A stretch of 63,663 nt of DNA, filler included, from Octopus bimaculoides (lineage: Eukaryota): the NCBI RefSeq assembly GCF_001194135.2. It is 6 parts of 4 records of this genome, joined end to end, with 100 filler letters (N's around TTAATTAATTAA, not from the genome) between each part and the next. Parts side by side here need not be neighbours in the genome. Positions count along the whole stretch, not along the records: positions 23,339 to 48,604 come from NC_068985.1; positions 48,705 to 57,560 come from NC_068985.1; 4 more parts are not named here. One strand, 5' to 3'. Under the pieces are notes generated by a model, which was not told the DNA's origin, made no database searches, and worked only from the letters and a program-made list of their open reading frames with translations. Made by a program: the position numbers and the translations under genes. Positions 37,801-49,715 of this stretch are shown here, piece after piece. Positions within the stretch are counted from its first letter, which is position 1. Every line of letters starts with the position of its first letter.

Positions 37801-38559
37801 AGAGAGAGAGTGTGTGTGATAAAGAGTGCCGTAAATAAATAAAGAGAGGGAAAGGTGTAAAAGAGAGAGAGAAAGAGAGAGATAGAGAGAGGTTGATGGT
37901 GATAGAGAGTGGGAGATTTGTCAATCTAAAAGTTGAGTTATTTCTTGTAGTAAATTATATTTTTTGATTATTATTTGCAGACAACCTTCACTTTGGGAAG
38001 CAGATTTCAATAATTAAATTCATTTCCTTTGAGGACATACCATATCAGAGACTTTTGATGCTAAACCTACATGCATAACTTCACACAGTCACTCTCATTT
38101 ACATAGTAGAAGAAAATACACATGCACACACACTATATATATATGTATGGATGCATATACACATATCTATCTATCTATTTATATTGTTATAATGTAATAT
38201 TTGGAAAGAGATGTAACTGATAAAGCCTATAAACACACCTACTGGTTGTTGCTCTTCTATATTTCACTTCCCTTTCATTTTCAAAACAATTGATATTTGC
38301 TTGTTTCCCCAAATATTTTTCACTACACCAATCTGTATGTTTCTCAACCAATATGCATTTTTCACCTTCAAACTCTTGGTTTTCAATTTATAACTTTTTT
38401 TTTGTTGTTGCTAAATCTTCAGGATAGCATGCATATGAACAAATGATGTTTTTTTATTTATTTAAACTTTTTTGCAAGCATCAAAACAGGTATGGGTACA
38501 GATGTGAGTTTTGGTTGACTTCAACTGGTGTTACTGGCTGGTTGTTAACTCATTTCTCC

Positions 38560-38800
38560 TTCATATTAAATATGTAAGAGAGGTCTGCCTCAAGGGTGGG
38601 GTTTTTGGTGTCTGGAAAGAATTCAACATTTTTTTTTATCAATCTATTGTATTACTTTATGGTATGTTGATAGACTACATATGTTTGTTTCTGTTCATTG
38701 AACTCTCTCTCTCTGTAGTGTTCTGCAATCCTTTCTGCTAGACTGTGTGATGTCTCTCCTATGTAAGTTGTGACGGTGTTTCTACATTGACTCTGTGTGC
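38560..38800 (-). mobile_element. Penelope-like GIY-YIG fragment
   Basis: TTYIGETSHSLAERIAEH..VVYQH. Confidence 0.7.
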
Positions 38801-38910
38801 ATCTCATATGGTACACATGCATATAGTCTATAAATACATACATACATATGTACATACACACATTATCTATCTATTTCATATGTATGTATGTATGTATGTA
38901 TGTATATATA

Positions 38911-39110
38911 TTCTTTCATGCTTTTACTTGTTTCAGTCATTTTGACTGTGGCCATGCTGGATCACCGCCTTTTTTAGTCATAAAAATTGTAAGCCTGGTA
39001 CTTATTCTATCAGTCGCTTTGGCTGAACCGCTAAGTTACAGGGAAGTAAACACACCAACATTGGTTGTCAAGCGATGCTGGAGGAACAAACACAGACACA
39101 AATATGTACA

Positions 39111-39141
<31 letters not shown>

Positions 39142-39300
39142 GACAGGCTTCTTTCAGTTTCGTTTACCAAATCCACTTACAAGGCTTTTAGTTGGCCCAA
39201 GGCCCTAGTAGAAGACACTTCCCAGGATGTCATGCAGTGGAACTGAACCCAGAACCATGTGTTTGGAAAACAAGCTTCTTACCACTCAACCACGCCTACA
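38911..39300 (-). mobile_element. Full-length SINE with an internal microsatellite
   Basis: Reverse complement of the 26841-27603 layout. Confidence 0.8.
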
Positions 39301-39566
39301 CATACATAGCCTTTTATATACACATATCGTTTTCATATGTACACATACATGCAGTGTTAGTTTGTGTGTCTACCAATATATTTATCATTCTGTAATACTT
39401 ATCTGGCTACCAAACAAAAATGCTATTCAGTATGATTACTGACTAGCTAGTTGTTAAAGGGCCAATGTACTATTAAAGGCCAATTACCTGTATTGTTAAA
39501 CACTAATTGTGACAGGATATGGACGTACACCTTATTACTATAAGGATTATTATTACTATTATTTTT

Positions 39567-40165
39567 AATGTGGTGAGCTGGCAGAGTTGTTTGCTCACTA
39601 GGCAAAATGCTTAGTGATTTTTTTGTCTGTCTTCTTGTTCTGAGTTCAAATTCCAAGGTTGACTTTGCCTTTCATCCTTTTGGGGTCGATGAAATAAGTA
39701 CCAGTTATACACTGGGGTTGATCTAACCGACTATCCCCCTTGCCCCAAAATTTTCAAGGCCTTGTGCCTAAAGTAGAAATAATAATTATTATTATTATTA
39801 CTAAAGGCAGTGAGTTGGCAGAATTGTTAGTATGCCAGGCAGAATGCTTGGTGGTGTTTCGTCCGTCCTTACATTCTGAGTTCAAATTCCACTGAGGTTG
39901 ACTTTGCCTTTCATCTTTTCGGGGTCGATGAAATAAGTACCAGTTATGTTCCCTCCCCCAAAATTTTGTGCCTTGTGCCTTTAGTAGAAAGGATTATTTA
40001 ACAGTATTTGATTCATCACTGCATTGTGAGTTCAAATTCCACCAAGGTCAACTTTGCCTTTCATCCTTTCATCCTTGGAATAAGTACCAGTTGAGTACTG
40101 GGGTTGATGTAATCGACTATCCCCTTCCTCTAAAATTTCAGACCTTGTGCCTATAGTAGAAAAAG
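39567..40165 (+). mobile_element. Cluster of three (TTA)n-associated SINE copies (third partial)
   Basis: Heads at 39567 and 39804, partial copy from about 40000, separated by (TTA)n. Confidence 0.8.
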
Positions 40166-40189
40166 TTATTATTATTATTATTATGTTGT

Positions 40190-40697
40190 TATTTTTCTTC
40201 TTTCTTCAAATTTTCTTCCATTTCTTGCCGAGTGTTTTCCGTACACCTAGGGCAGAGAAACTCGTTGTATGCATTCCCAGTTTACACACGCAAATTCACA
40301 AGTAAAACATGTATTTAAGANNNNNNNNNNNNNNNNNNNNNNNNNNNNAAAAAAAAAAAAAAAAAATTATGACTGGATGTTGTTTTCACAGCGATAATGC
40401 TCTTCTCAGTACATGAGTCGTTCCAGTTAGCACGATATTTTGCACTTTCTGTAGGGATGGTAAGCCTGGTATCATTTTCAAATAGGTTTCAGTACCTTTT
40501 TTTTATCATTCCTAGAGATCCTACAATCACTAGTATGGTAGTCGCCTTGAGGTGCCACATTTTTTCAATTTCTATTAGCAAGTCTTTATATTTGCTGATC
40601 TTGTCAAATTCTTTCGCCACTATATTATGATCAGAGGGAATACTCATGTCAATTAATAAACACGTCTTCTTTGTCTGATCTTTTATAATAATATCCG

Positions 40698-40700
<3 letters not shown>
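40190..40700 (-). mobile_element. R4/Dong-type LINE 3' end with a well-preserved restriction-like endonuclease domain, in a (TAA)n tract
   Basis: PDIIIKDQTKKTCLLIDMSIPSDHNIVAKEFDKISKYKDLLIEIEKMW..VGSLGMIKK..VQNIVLTGTTHVLRRALSL* (stop at 40386-88, one extra A in an A-run). (TAA)n on both sides. Confidence 0.92.
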
Positions 40701-40739
<39 letters not shown>

Positions 40740-41213
40740 TACAGTATCATTAAATTGTTCAAAACAAAATACCTTGTGGTATTTGTTTCCACTCTTTATT
40801 CTCTCGGTTCAAACCCGAACAATGTCAACTTTTTCTTCTATCTATCTGAAGGTTGATAACATAAACTACCAGTCACATACTGGGATTAATATAATCAACC
40901 AATCACCTTACTACCCTCAGAATTGTGTCAACCTCAGAAATGATTATTAAAAATGATAATTATTACTAATATCTCAGCTGTTATTTCTGCTGTTATTGTT
41001 GTTGTTCTTCTTGTTAATGTCCCTATTGTTGTTATTCTTGTCCTATCCACAGTTTTGGTCACATCTTGTTAATTCTATCAGCTGTCTTTGTTTTCCATTC
41101 TCTGCCATCTTTTCCTTCTCTTCCTCTTATTATTCTGTTTCTTCAAATTTAGTTCTCTCCTCCTCCTCCTCCTCCTCCTCCTCCTCCAGACGCAAACACA
41201 CGCACACACACAC

Positions 41214-41289
<76 letters not shown>

Positions 41290-41453
41290 GACGGGCTTCT
41301 TTCAGTTTCTGTCTAGCAAGTCCCCTCATAAGGCTTTGGTTGGTCCAAGGCTATAGTAGAAGATACTTGCCCAAGGTGCCATGCAGTGAGATTGAACCTG
41401 GAACTATGTGGTTGAGAAGCAAGCTTCTTACTACACAGCAATGCCTGCGCCTA
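41290..41453 (-). mobile_element. SINE 5' half
   Basis: Same family as 36461-36625. Confidence 0.75.
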
Positions 41454-42184
41454 TACAAGACTTGTCTTGTATAATGCATGTTTGTTGCTATTGGATTCTA
41501 TTTTGGAGAAAGAATTAAATTCGTCTATATTTATGGTTAAAAAATTTGCAAGACTAAATCTTATTAGCTCTTGGTGAATAGGGGTGGAAGGTGGGACAGT
41601 GATAATGGTTATAAGGTGGACAGTGACATCAACAAAATGATGGTGGTGGTGGTGATGATGATGATGATGAGGAGGAGGAGGAGGAGGAAGAGGAGGAGGA
41701 GGATGGTGGTGATGATATTGAGAATTATTGTAGCAGCAGCAGCAGCAGCAGCAGCAATAGTAAAATGTTTGAAATAAACAGACAATAATTTCTTAATTTT
41801 TCAGGATATGAGAAAATATTTAATTTCCTTTCACCTTGAAATAAAAAAACAAAAAGAAAAGAAAAACCCAAAATTAATCCAAATCAAAAGTGCATATTGT
41901 GTTCATCGATACTAATATTTATTATCACGGGTCAAAGGTTAATTACAACACATGTTCTTCAACTGTTCACACATCTGAGACAATACAGAGATTGACTGAT
42001 ATGAATGGATCTCACATTGGTTTGGTTTATGGAATTATATACTATTCCTTGTATTATGGTATAAGTAGCTGAGTATTCCACAGACATTTGCACCGTTAAA
42101 TGTAAATCTGTGGTAAATTCAGTGGATATAGACTGTAAAATGTTTGGCCTTTTGAACTACATATGTAGTCCATCGACTACATAT

Positions 42185-42522
42185 GTGAAGGGGCATGGCT
42201 CAGTGGTAAGAGTACTGGGTTCATAATCATGAGGTAATGAGTTTGATTCCTGGACTGGGTTGTGTTCTTGAGCAAGACACTTTATTTCACCTTGCTTCAG
42301 TTCACTCAGCTGTAGAAATGAGTTGCGATGTCACTGGTGCCAAGCTGTATTGGCATTTGTCTTTCCCATGGACAACATCAGTGGTGTGGAGAGGGGAGGC
42401 TGCTATGCATGGGTAACTTCCACAAACAACCTTGCCTGGACTTGTGCCTCAGAAAGTAACTTTCTGGGTGCAATCCCATGGTCATTCATGACCGAAGGGG
42501 GTCTTTACCCTTTTACCCTTGT
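42185..42522 (+). mobile_element. tRNA-derived SINE (Meta/MESC-like), near full length
   Basis: A box TGGCTCAGTGG, B box GAGTTTGATTCC, core TTGAGCAAGACACTTTATTTCAC..CAGTTCACTCAGCTGTAGAAATGAG. Confidence 0.75.
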
Positions 42523-42814
42523 AGTCCAAAAGAGGACAAAGACTTCTCAACACTACTACAGACTCCTACATTAACAACCACAGCACACATAAATAAATAG
42601 TGGGTCCCTGGATCCATGAAGCAACTATTGTTTGTGTTCCTATCCTTTACGATTGGCTCCAAACACTTTACATCAACTCATCTTCACTCACAAAGTTTGG
42701 GTCAGGCCAAGGCTATAGTGAAAACCACTTTCCTTAGGTGACACCATGTTTTTTTGACTATAATTTGGTAATTTATAATTGTGAAGCAAGCTTCTTCCAC
42801 CACAAAGTCCAGTC

Positions 42815-43060
42815 TGTGTTGTGATGTGGCGATTTGTGTGTTTCAATGACCCTGAGAGTGATGTCAATGGAGAGCAAGCTCCTGGTAGGATCTCCCATGC
42901 TGGACAGGTCAGAGGCTGGATTAATATGGACCACCTTTTTCCAGAGGTAAAGGTGGGTTTCCATAGGGCTGACACCCCTATCTGGAAAAAAGCAAAGCTA
43001 CAGAATCATTGCTGGCAAGTCAAAAGCCAACAAGAACTGAAATCAAATAAGGAGGCATAA
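42815..43060 (+). mobile_element. Probable RTE 5' UTR fragment
   Basis: TGACCCTGAGAG..AAGCTCCTGGTAGG..CCCATGCTGGACAGGTC resembles RTE 5' UTRs as I recall them. No coding support. Confidence 0.35.
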
Positions 43061-43094
43061 GAGAGGACACCCCAAAAATAGCTGGAGAGAGCAG

Positions 43095-43481
43095 GCCGTA
43101 TCTGAAAGTTTTGGTTTTCTTCTGGAGTTTTGTTTCGATGAGGAGGTTTTTCCCTCTTTCTCAAAGGCTGTCATTACTTTAAAGACAGTACTTCTTGATA
43201 CACCAAACATTTTGGCTGTTTTTGTTACGCTAGCGCCTGCCATATGAGCACCAACAATTCGACCTCTTTGAAAGCCTGATAGATCTGTCGTTTTAATGAA
43301 TTTTAATTACCTTTTTCTGATGGTATCTGAAAAGAAGCAGCAATTTTAGCAAAAAATATTAAGCAACACTAATAATAAATCAAAAATACATAAAAATAAA
43401 CAAGCTTTTGATGGTTTTATAAATGTTTTAAAATTATGATGCTATGATGCTAGGTGTTTCCATTATTTTGTCCAACCTCTA
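43095..43481 (-). mobile_element. Tc1-like transposon 5' end (TIR and HTH-coding region), truncated
   Basis: TDLSGFQRGRIVGAHMAGASVTKTAKMFGVSRSTVFKVM..GRKPKLSD-like peptide. TIR GGTTGGACAAAATAATGGAAACACC at 43452-43481. Confidence 0.85.
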
Positions 43482-43782
43482 GCCTATCTAGCTCTTGTAA
43501 ACATATAATTAGTCTAGTGAAATACATTCACTGATTTCAAAAATAGAAATAATACATTTCTAAATCTCTCAGAGAGATTTATGCAGTAGTGATACGATAA
43601 AGTCTAGTCTCTGGATGCAGGCTTAGCTGGGTGGGGGTGCTTATCTCCCCCTTGTAAACATAAGGACACAGGAAATGTGTCAAGGCTGACAGGAAGTGGT
43701 GCTGCTTCCTAGGGCTAAATAGCAGTAGTATTATTCCCTATTATTCCTTATTATCATTATTATTGCTATTATTATTGATAGT

Positions 43783-44150
43783 CTTTTATTCTTTTACTTG
43801 TTTCAGTCATTTGACTGCAGCAATGCTGGAGCACCGCCTTTAGACGAACAAATCGACCCCAGGACTTATTCTTTGTAAGCCTAGTACTTATTCGATCATT
43901 TTCTTTTGCTGAACTGCTAGTTTATGGGGACATAAAAACACCAGCATTGGTTGTCCAGCGANNNNNNNNNNNNNNNNNNNNNNNNNNNNNNNNNNNNNNN
44001 NNNNNNNNNNNNNNNNNNNNNNNNNNNNNNGTTTCCATGTACCAATTCCACTCACAAGGCTATAGTAGAAGACACTTGCCCAAGATGACACGCAGTGGGA
44101 CTGAACCCAGGACCATATGGTTGGGAAGCAAACTTCTTGCTACACATGCC
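43783..44150 (-). mobile_element. Full-length SINE with internal spacer (spacer falls in an N gap)
   Basis: Same two halves as 38911-39300. Confidence 0.75.
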
Positions 44151-45254
44151 TCCATCACTACCACCACCCCATATACTTAACATCTGTCAAAAACAGTTGG
44201 TCATTTAAATTTAAAATTTTTTACTGATAGTGTTCATCATCATCATCATCATCGCCATCAATCATTACCACCTTGCCACAACCATCACATCCTCAATACC
44301 ATCTATCATTACCATGACAATGACCTAGAAAGCCTTCCAGCAGCAGCAGCAGTTATTTAGCCAGTCCTGGAGCTGGTGGTGAGTCAGATGACTAATATTT
44401 TATTATAGATTTTATTCTTTCATCCATATTTCAATCTCTTTTTCCTTCTCTTCCTCCTTCTCTATTTTCCTCGTCCTCCCTCTTCTTCTTCTTCTTCTTC
44501 TTCTTCTTCTTCTTCTTCTTCTTCTTCTTCTTCTTCTCCTCCTTCTCCCTCCATCTTTATGGTCCCAGTTGTATAATGACACATGTTGCTACTGTCTTGA
44601 AATTAATGTTTAACAACAAGTTAGCCCCTGAACCAGCTATGTCATCAAAGGTATTCTAGCCATGACCATCCTATCAGTTTCTTTGCTTTCCTTTTTTGTT
44701 CAGGAATATAGTACCCTGGATCACATTATCCAGTGTGCCCTTATATAAGAAAGCAAGGTACAAGTTGATGAAGATTTAACTGCCATTTCTAGCAAGTCAA
44801 ATGACCATGCTGCAGGTCCCTCTGTGTTGAGAGTGACTTACAGTCAACAGAAGACCTCTCCTTCACTGTTTAACATTAATATCTACAACAGAATATTTGA
44901 ATTATGAAGTGAGCTTCTCTGTTGTCATTTAGTCTGCTAGAAATAGCAGCCAATTTACTCTTAAATCACACCATATCTTAAAAGAAAACTCCATAAATAA
45001 GAAAGGATACACTATAGAATGTAGTCCTAGAGACCTTTATAAAATCAGGATGAAATAACTTCTACTATAAATCTGCTTGACCAAACAACAGAATACTTTA
45101 ATGTTCAATCAAACCTGCTAATTTACGAAAATTTATAATACATACCAGAAGGCTCATTTTGTTTGCAAGTAATTATTTCCTTTCTCCAGTATATTTTTAG
45201 AATATCTCCTAACTCTGGATAGGTGGAGTCTCATACCCAAGTCTGGGTATGAGG

Positions 45255-45760
45255 TGGTGAACATTAGGCCTCACTGAATCAATGACTAGTGACCGAGACC
45301 ATTGGAAATATGCCGTGCTTCAGAAGACCCAGCAAGCCAAGTGAGACCATAACCCATGGCCTATGCCAGTGGTGTAACCAGCCCACTTATGTGTACCTTT
45401 CCTTTATTGGACACTAAACTCTGCTTGCGAAGACCTGTTGAGGCAAGTGAAATTGAAATCAAATTCGATGACAGCACCACTTGACTGGCATCCATGCTAG
45501 TGGAGTGCTAAGAGCACCATCCAAGCGTGATCATTGCCAGGGCTGCTGACTGGCTCCTGTGCTGGTGGCACGTAAAAAGCACCATTTGAGCATGATCATT
45601 ACCAGCATCACCTTACTGGCACTTGTGCCATTGGCACATGAAAGACAACATTCGAACTGGACTGGTTCCTGTGCAGGTGGCATGTAAAAACACTATTTGA
45701 GCATGGCCATTGCCAGTACTGCCTGATTGGCCCTCGTGCTGGTGGCACGTAAAAGCACAC
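45255..45760 (+). mobile_element. RTE LINE: ORF2 end plus repeat-containing 3' UTR
   Basis: TLGLTESMTSDRDHWKYAVLQKTQQAK*, followed by several approx. 60-bp GGTGGCACGTAAAAAGCAC..GCCAG..CTGGC units. Confidence 0.8.
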
Positions 45761-45899
45761 ACACACACATATACATACACACACACATAAACATAAATAC
45801 ATTCATACATACATATACACATCTACATATGTATATACATATATGTACATACATATATACACACATATACATACATGTGTGTGTGTGTGTGTGCGTGCA

Positions 45900-46155
45900 T
45901 GTGAGTATTGTTTTTGTGTCTCCATGTCATGACATTGTGTGATAGTTGTAAATGGTTGCCACTTTCATAAAAGTAGTGTCATTCACTTCCAATATTTTGT
46001 GGGAACGTCTGTTTATGGGAAAATATTACTTTGCTTGGAAACTGGTGAAGGTTGGCGACACAAAGAGCATCTGCCTGTAGAAAATCTGCCTCAATAAAAT
46101 CTCTGTCTGACCCATGCAAACATGGAAAAGTGGAGACTAAAATGATGATGATGAC
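45900..46155 (+). mobile_element. SINE 3' body with RTE-type (GAT)n tail
   Basis: AAATATTACTTTGCTTGGAAAC..GTAGAAAATCTGCC..CCCATGCAAACATGGAAAAGTGG(GAT)n. Similar copy at about 47110-47340. Confidence 0.6.
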
Positions 46156-46749
46156 GATAGTAATGGCGACAGTAAACTCTTCACTCTTCGTAACAACCAA
46201 ACCTATTGATACTCAACAAACTCCCTTTTGTTCATATCATTATTGCCTATACATGCCTTTGCCAACTAATTTCATAAAGATGAAACATTGACTGAACAAA
46301 AGCTCTTTCTGACATCTGAAACAGTTGATACTTCATATTTTATTACAACCAAACATTAGTTGAAACTAAAAATGAGTTTCAATGCAGTTACTCAACCAGC
46401 AAGAAATTGCAGTTACTCAACCAGCAAGAAATTGCAGCTACATTTTCCTTAAACCATGCCTTATTGCCTTTAAAAATGATGGTATAATGTAGTTCTAGTA
46501 TGTGGCTGTGTGGTAAGAAGCTTGCTATGACAGGTAATCACAGGGATGTGAGTTTGAGTCTCATGACTGGTTGCTGGCAAATTTTTCTGCAATAATATGG
46601 ATATTTTATCCTGTTCCTGCTATTCTGTTAGCACTATTCTGCATTTGAGAATTAATTATCTATATATCTATATATATATTGAAATTTAGAGGTAATACTT
46701 GACAATTGTAAGCACCTGTGTATTCCAGCTAGTGGTTGCGGTGAAAGAA

Positions 46750-47072
46750 TAAATTGTAGATCCAAAAAATAACAACAAAACTACAAGGTATGGAAGGTTT
46801 TCGGAGGACCGGAGAGATTATGTCTGGGTGGAGAATTATACGAGGTATAGTACTATACAGAATACCGAAAGGATCTTCACCTCTTACATCACACCTTTCT
46901 TCCTACTTCAACGCCGAGGTGGTATAATTTCCTGGGAGAGAAATAATTTTGCGTCTGAGGATAGCTTTACATTGTAAATTATACACATATTATATTATAC
47001 ACATGTAAAGCTTGAAACACGTGTTCCGCGGAATCCTTTGTAGTTTTGTTGTTATTTTTTGGATCTACAATT

Positions 47073-47074
<2 letters not shown>
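46750..47074. mobile_element. MITE with 37-bp perfect terminal inverted repeats (including flanking TA)
   Basis: TAAATTGTAGATCCAAAAAATAACAACAAAACTACAA at both ends, inverted. Confidence 0.85.
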
Positions 47075-47118
<44 letters not shown>

Positions 47119-48409
47119 TGTACTCTTGTCCTGACATCATGTGACTGTTGTAAATGAGCATCATTGTCCATACAAGTGGCGTAGTCCATTTTCAATCTTC
47201 CATGGTAAAACATGTTTGGCCAAGGGGAAATATTACCTTGCTTGAGAACAGGTAAGGGTTGGCTACAGGAAAGGTATCCAGATGTAGAAAATCCACCTTG
47301 ATGAATTCTGTCTGAACCATAGATGAGTGGATCCATGGATGATGAAAAGAGAGAGAGAGAAAGAGAGAGGGGGAAGAGAGATAAAAAGTGAGACTAAGTC
47401 TGGTATAGATGGGATGGTCATGCTTGCAACATCATTGATCAGAAGTCCACTCAATCATGGTTGACTCGGTAGTACATATCATTATCATCAGCAACAGTGC
47501 AAATAACTAGGTGTCCAAAAGTGTATTTGAACTCATGATCCAGTTTGACTGGTTGGTGGTAGTCAAACACTCCCCATTACACCATATACCTTCAGAGAAT
47601 TTGTTTTCACACTCCTTCTTCCCATTTCCTATTTATTATCTATTTCCAATGTCAGAAAATATCAGTTTTTAGTGCATTTCACATGAAACATGATAATGAA
47701 GAAAAATTAGAATTGAAAGTTGATGAAAATAAATAAACAATAATAAAAAAAAAAAGAATAATGTTAAAAAAAATATAAACACAATAAAAAACAACCAACC
47801 CTGCAGAACATTTTGTGAACGCTTTTATTTCTCTTTGTCGATTTTCCATTTAAAATGCTGACTTTATGGTGCTTTCTCACATCATATTAGCCACACATGC
47901 AAGATACCGTGATATCATTGATAGCGATATTTCTGCATACATCAATTCAGTATGGTTTTTATTACTATTACTGTTCGATATTGTTTACATAGTAAACAAT
48001 ATTGTTTACAAAGTCACTGCATCTATAAATATAAATATAATGATAATGACATAACAACATGGAAATTATTTACTAAAAGTAAAGAAAAAAAACCTACAAA
48101 AACAAATATGTTTACTCTCCATGTGTATTTTTACATTTGTGAAGGATGATTGAATAAGACATACCTACATGGAAACATGACATGCTAAAAATAGCAGTTA
48201 AATAAGTGCGATCATTACTGTGATTAAGAAGCTTGTTTTGCAGCCATGTGGTTTTAAATTCAGTCCCACTGTGCAGTACTCTGGGCAAATGTCTTCTAGT
48301 ATAGCCCGAGGTCAGCCAATGCCTGGTGAGTGAATTTGATCGATGGAAACTGTGTGGAAGCCTGCTGTTTTATATCTATCTATCTATATATATATATATA
48401 TATATATAT

Positions 48410-48604
48410 GGGAGAATATACGAAAAAACAACAACAGACGAGGACAGGTGGTGTAAATAACAAAAGGATGTATTAGTATGACGCTCGGGAATATGGAAAG
48501 TCTTTAACGTTTCGAGCTACGCTCTTCAACAGAAAGAATACGGAGACAAGGAGAAAAACACGGAGAAAAAAAATTGAATAGTGTCCAGTCAACGGTCAAT
48601 CATA
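48410..48604 (-). mobile_element. Penelope-like terminal fragment next to (TA)n
   Basis: Contains a hammerhead fold (next feature) and begins immediately at a (TA)n tract. Truncated by the linker. Confidence 0.55.
48501..48537 (-). ncRNA. Minimal hammerhead-like fold with variant core CUGUUGA
   Basis: Minus strand TCTTT-CTGTTGA-A-GAGC(gta)GCTC-GAAA-CGTT-AAAGA. Perfect 5-bp stem I and 4-bp stem II, palindromic ACGT in place of stem III, position A6 is U. Confidence 0.55.
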
Positions 48605-48704
48605 NNNNNNNNNNNNNNNNNNNNNNNNNNNNNNNNNNNNNNNNNNNNTTAATTAATTAANNNNNNNNNNNNNNNNNNNNNNNNNNNNNNNNNNNNNNNN
48701 NNNN
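48605..48704. other. Artificial scaffold linker
   Basis: 44 N + TTAATTAATTAA + 44 N. Confidence 0.95.
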
Positions 48705-48736
<32 letters not shown>

Positions 48737-49336
48737 GGTGGGTATCTTTCAGTTTCCGTCTATCAAATCCATTCACAAGTATCTGGTCGACCCGATATAA
48801 TAATAGAAGACATTCCCCCAAAGTGCAACGCAGTGGGGCTGAACCCGGAATAATGTACGGAAGCTACTTACCACACAGCCACGCCTGCGCATAAATATAC
48901 ATATTAGTACTTCAATGTTTTTTCTTTGATTATGATTGAGTATAGGGATATTGGCACACACATTCACACTCATTGAACATGAACGCATGCACCCATGTAA
49001 GAGGTTCATCAGAATTGGGAAACAACTTTGTCAACGACAACGCATATCTTCTTTGCTGTGTGTTGGTGTACGTCTCGATGTATACTTGGATGAGTTATGT
49101 GCGAACGAATATGCTTAAGTGTTTCGGTGTAAGTTAGTATATAGTTTTGACGTTTGAAGAACAGTTGTGTGAATGAATATATTTATGTATAATTATAAGA
49201 AGAAAATGTAATAATCAGTGGGTGTTTACTGGAAATATTTTCTGTAAATTTACGAGAATGCTTCTTATAGAAACACTCCTGAAAATTTACTGCCGAAGAA
49301 ATCATTATAAGTGAAACGAAGCTGAGAGTAAGGCTC

Positions 49337-49715
49337 ATGCAGTGTGGTGTTGTGCTGGTCTCATTGGTATTACTAGCTTCATCTCTAATTGGTATTGATG
49401 AGCAATTTTTCTTTTGTTTGGTTTACAATATTGACAGTGCATTAAGGAGAAATAAAGTTATAAAAATAACTGAAAATAATGATATAAAATTCTAAAATAT
49501 AAATTATGTTACGTTCTACACGTGATATTTTATGAATAATTGGATATATTATTTCAAACTTGCAACTGAACTAGCTGAACTTAAAGGCTTGTCAAATTTA
49601 AGTACAAGTTAAATGTTGTATTTGTTTCTTTTCAGCTATAATCATCATCTCAGGAGAGAATATTGGTCTGCACTCGGCATTAAATAAGGAAATGTACGAG
49701 TTGATGGCACGATAA
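49337..49715 (+). CDS. Tentative two-exon small ORF (49337-49391 joined to 49636-49715), 44 aa, hydrophobic N-terminus
   Basis: MQCGVVLVSLVLLASSLI|AIIIISGENIGLHSALNKEMYELMAR*. Phase-1 intron GTATTG..TTTGTTTCTTTTCAG, AATAAA at 49730. No homology recognised. Confidence 0.25.

Noticed and set aside
44325-44380. Exon-like CAG-rich segment ending at GTGAGT
   Set aside because: No polypyrimidine acceptor, and it is embedded in CAT/CAC/CAG simple repeats.
48215-48890. Tail-to-tail inverted SINE pair
   Set aside because: The two copies are on different sides of a synthetic linker, so their adjacency is not established.
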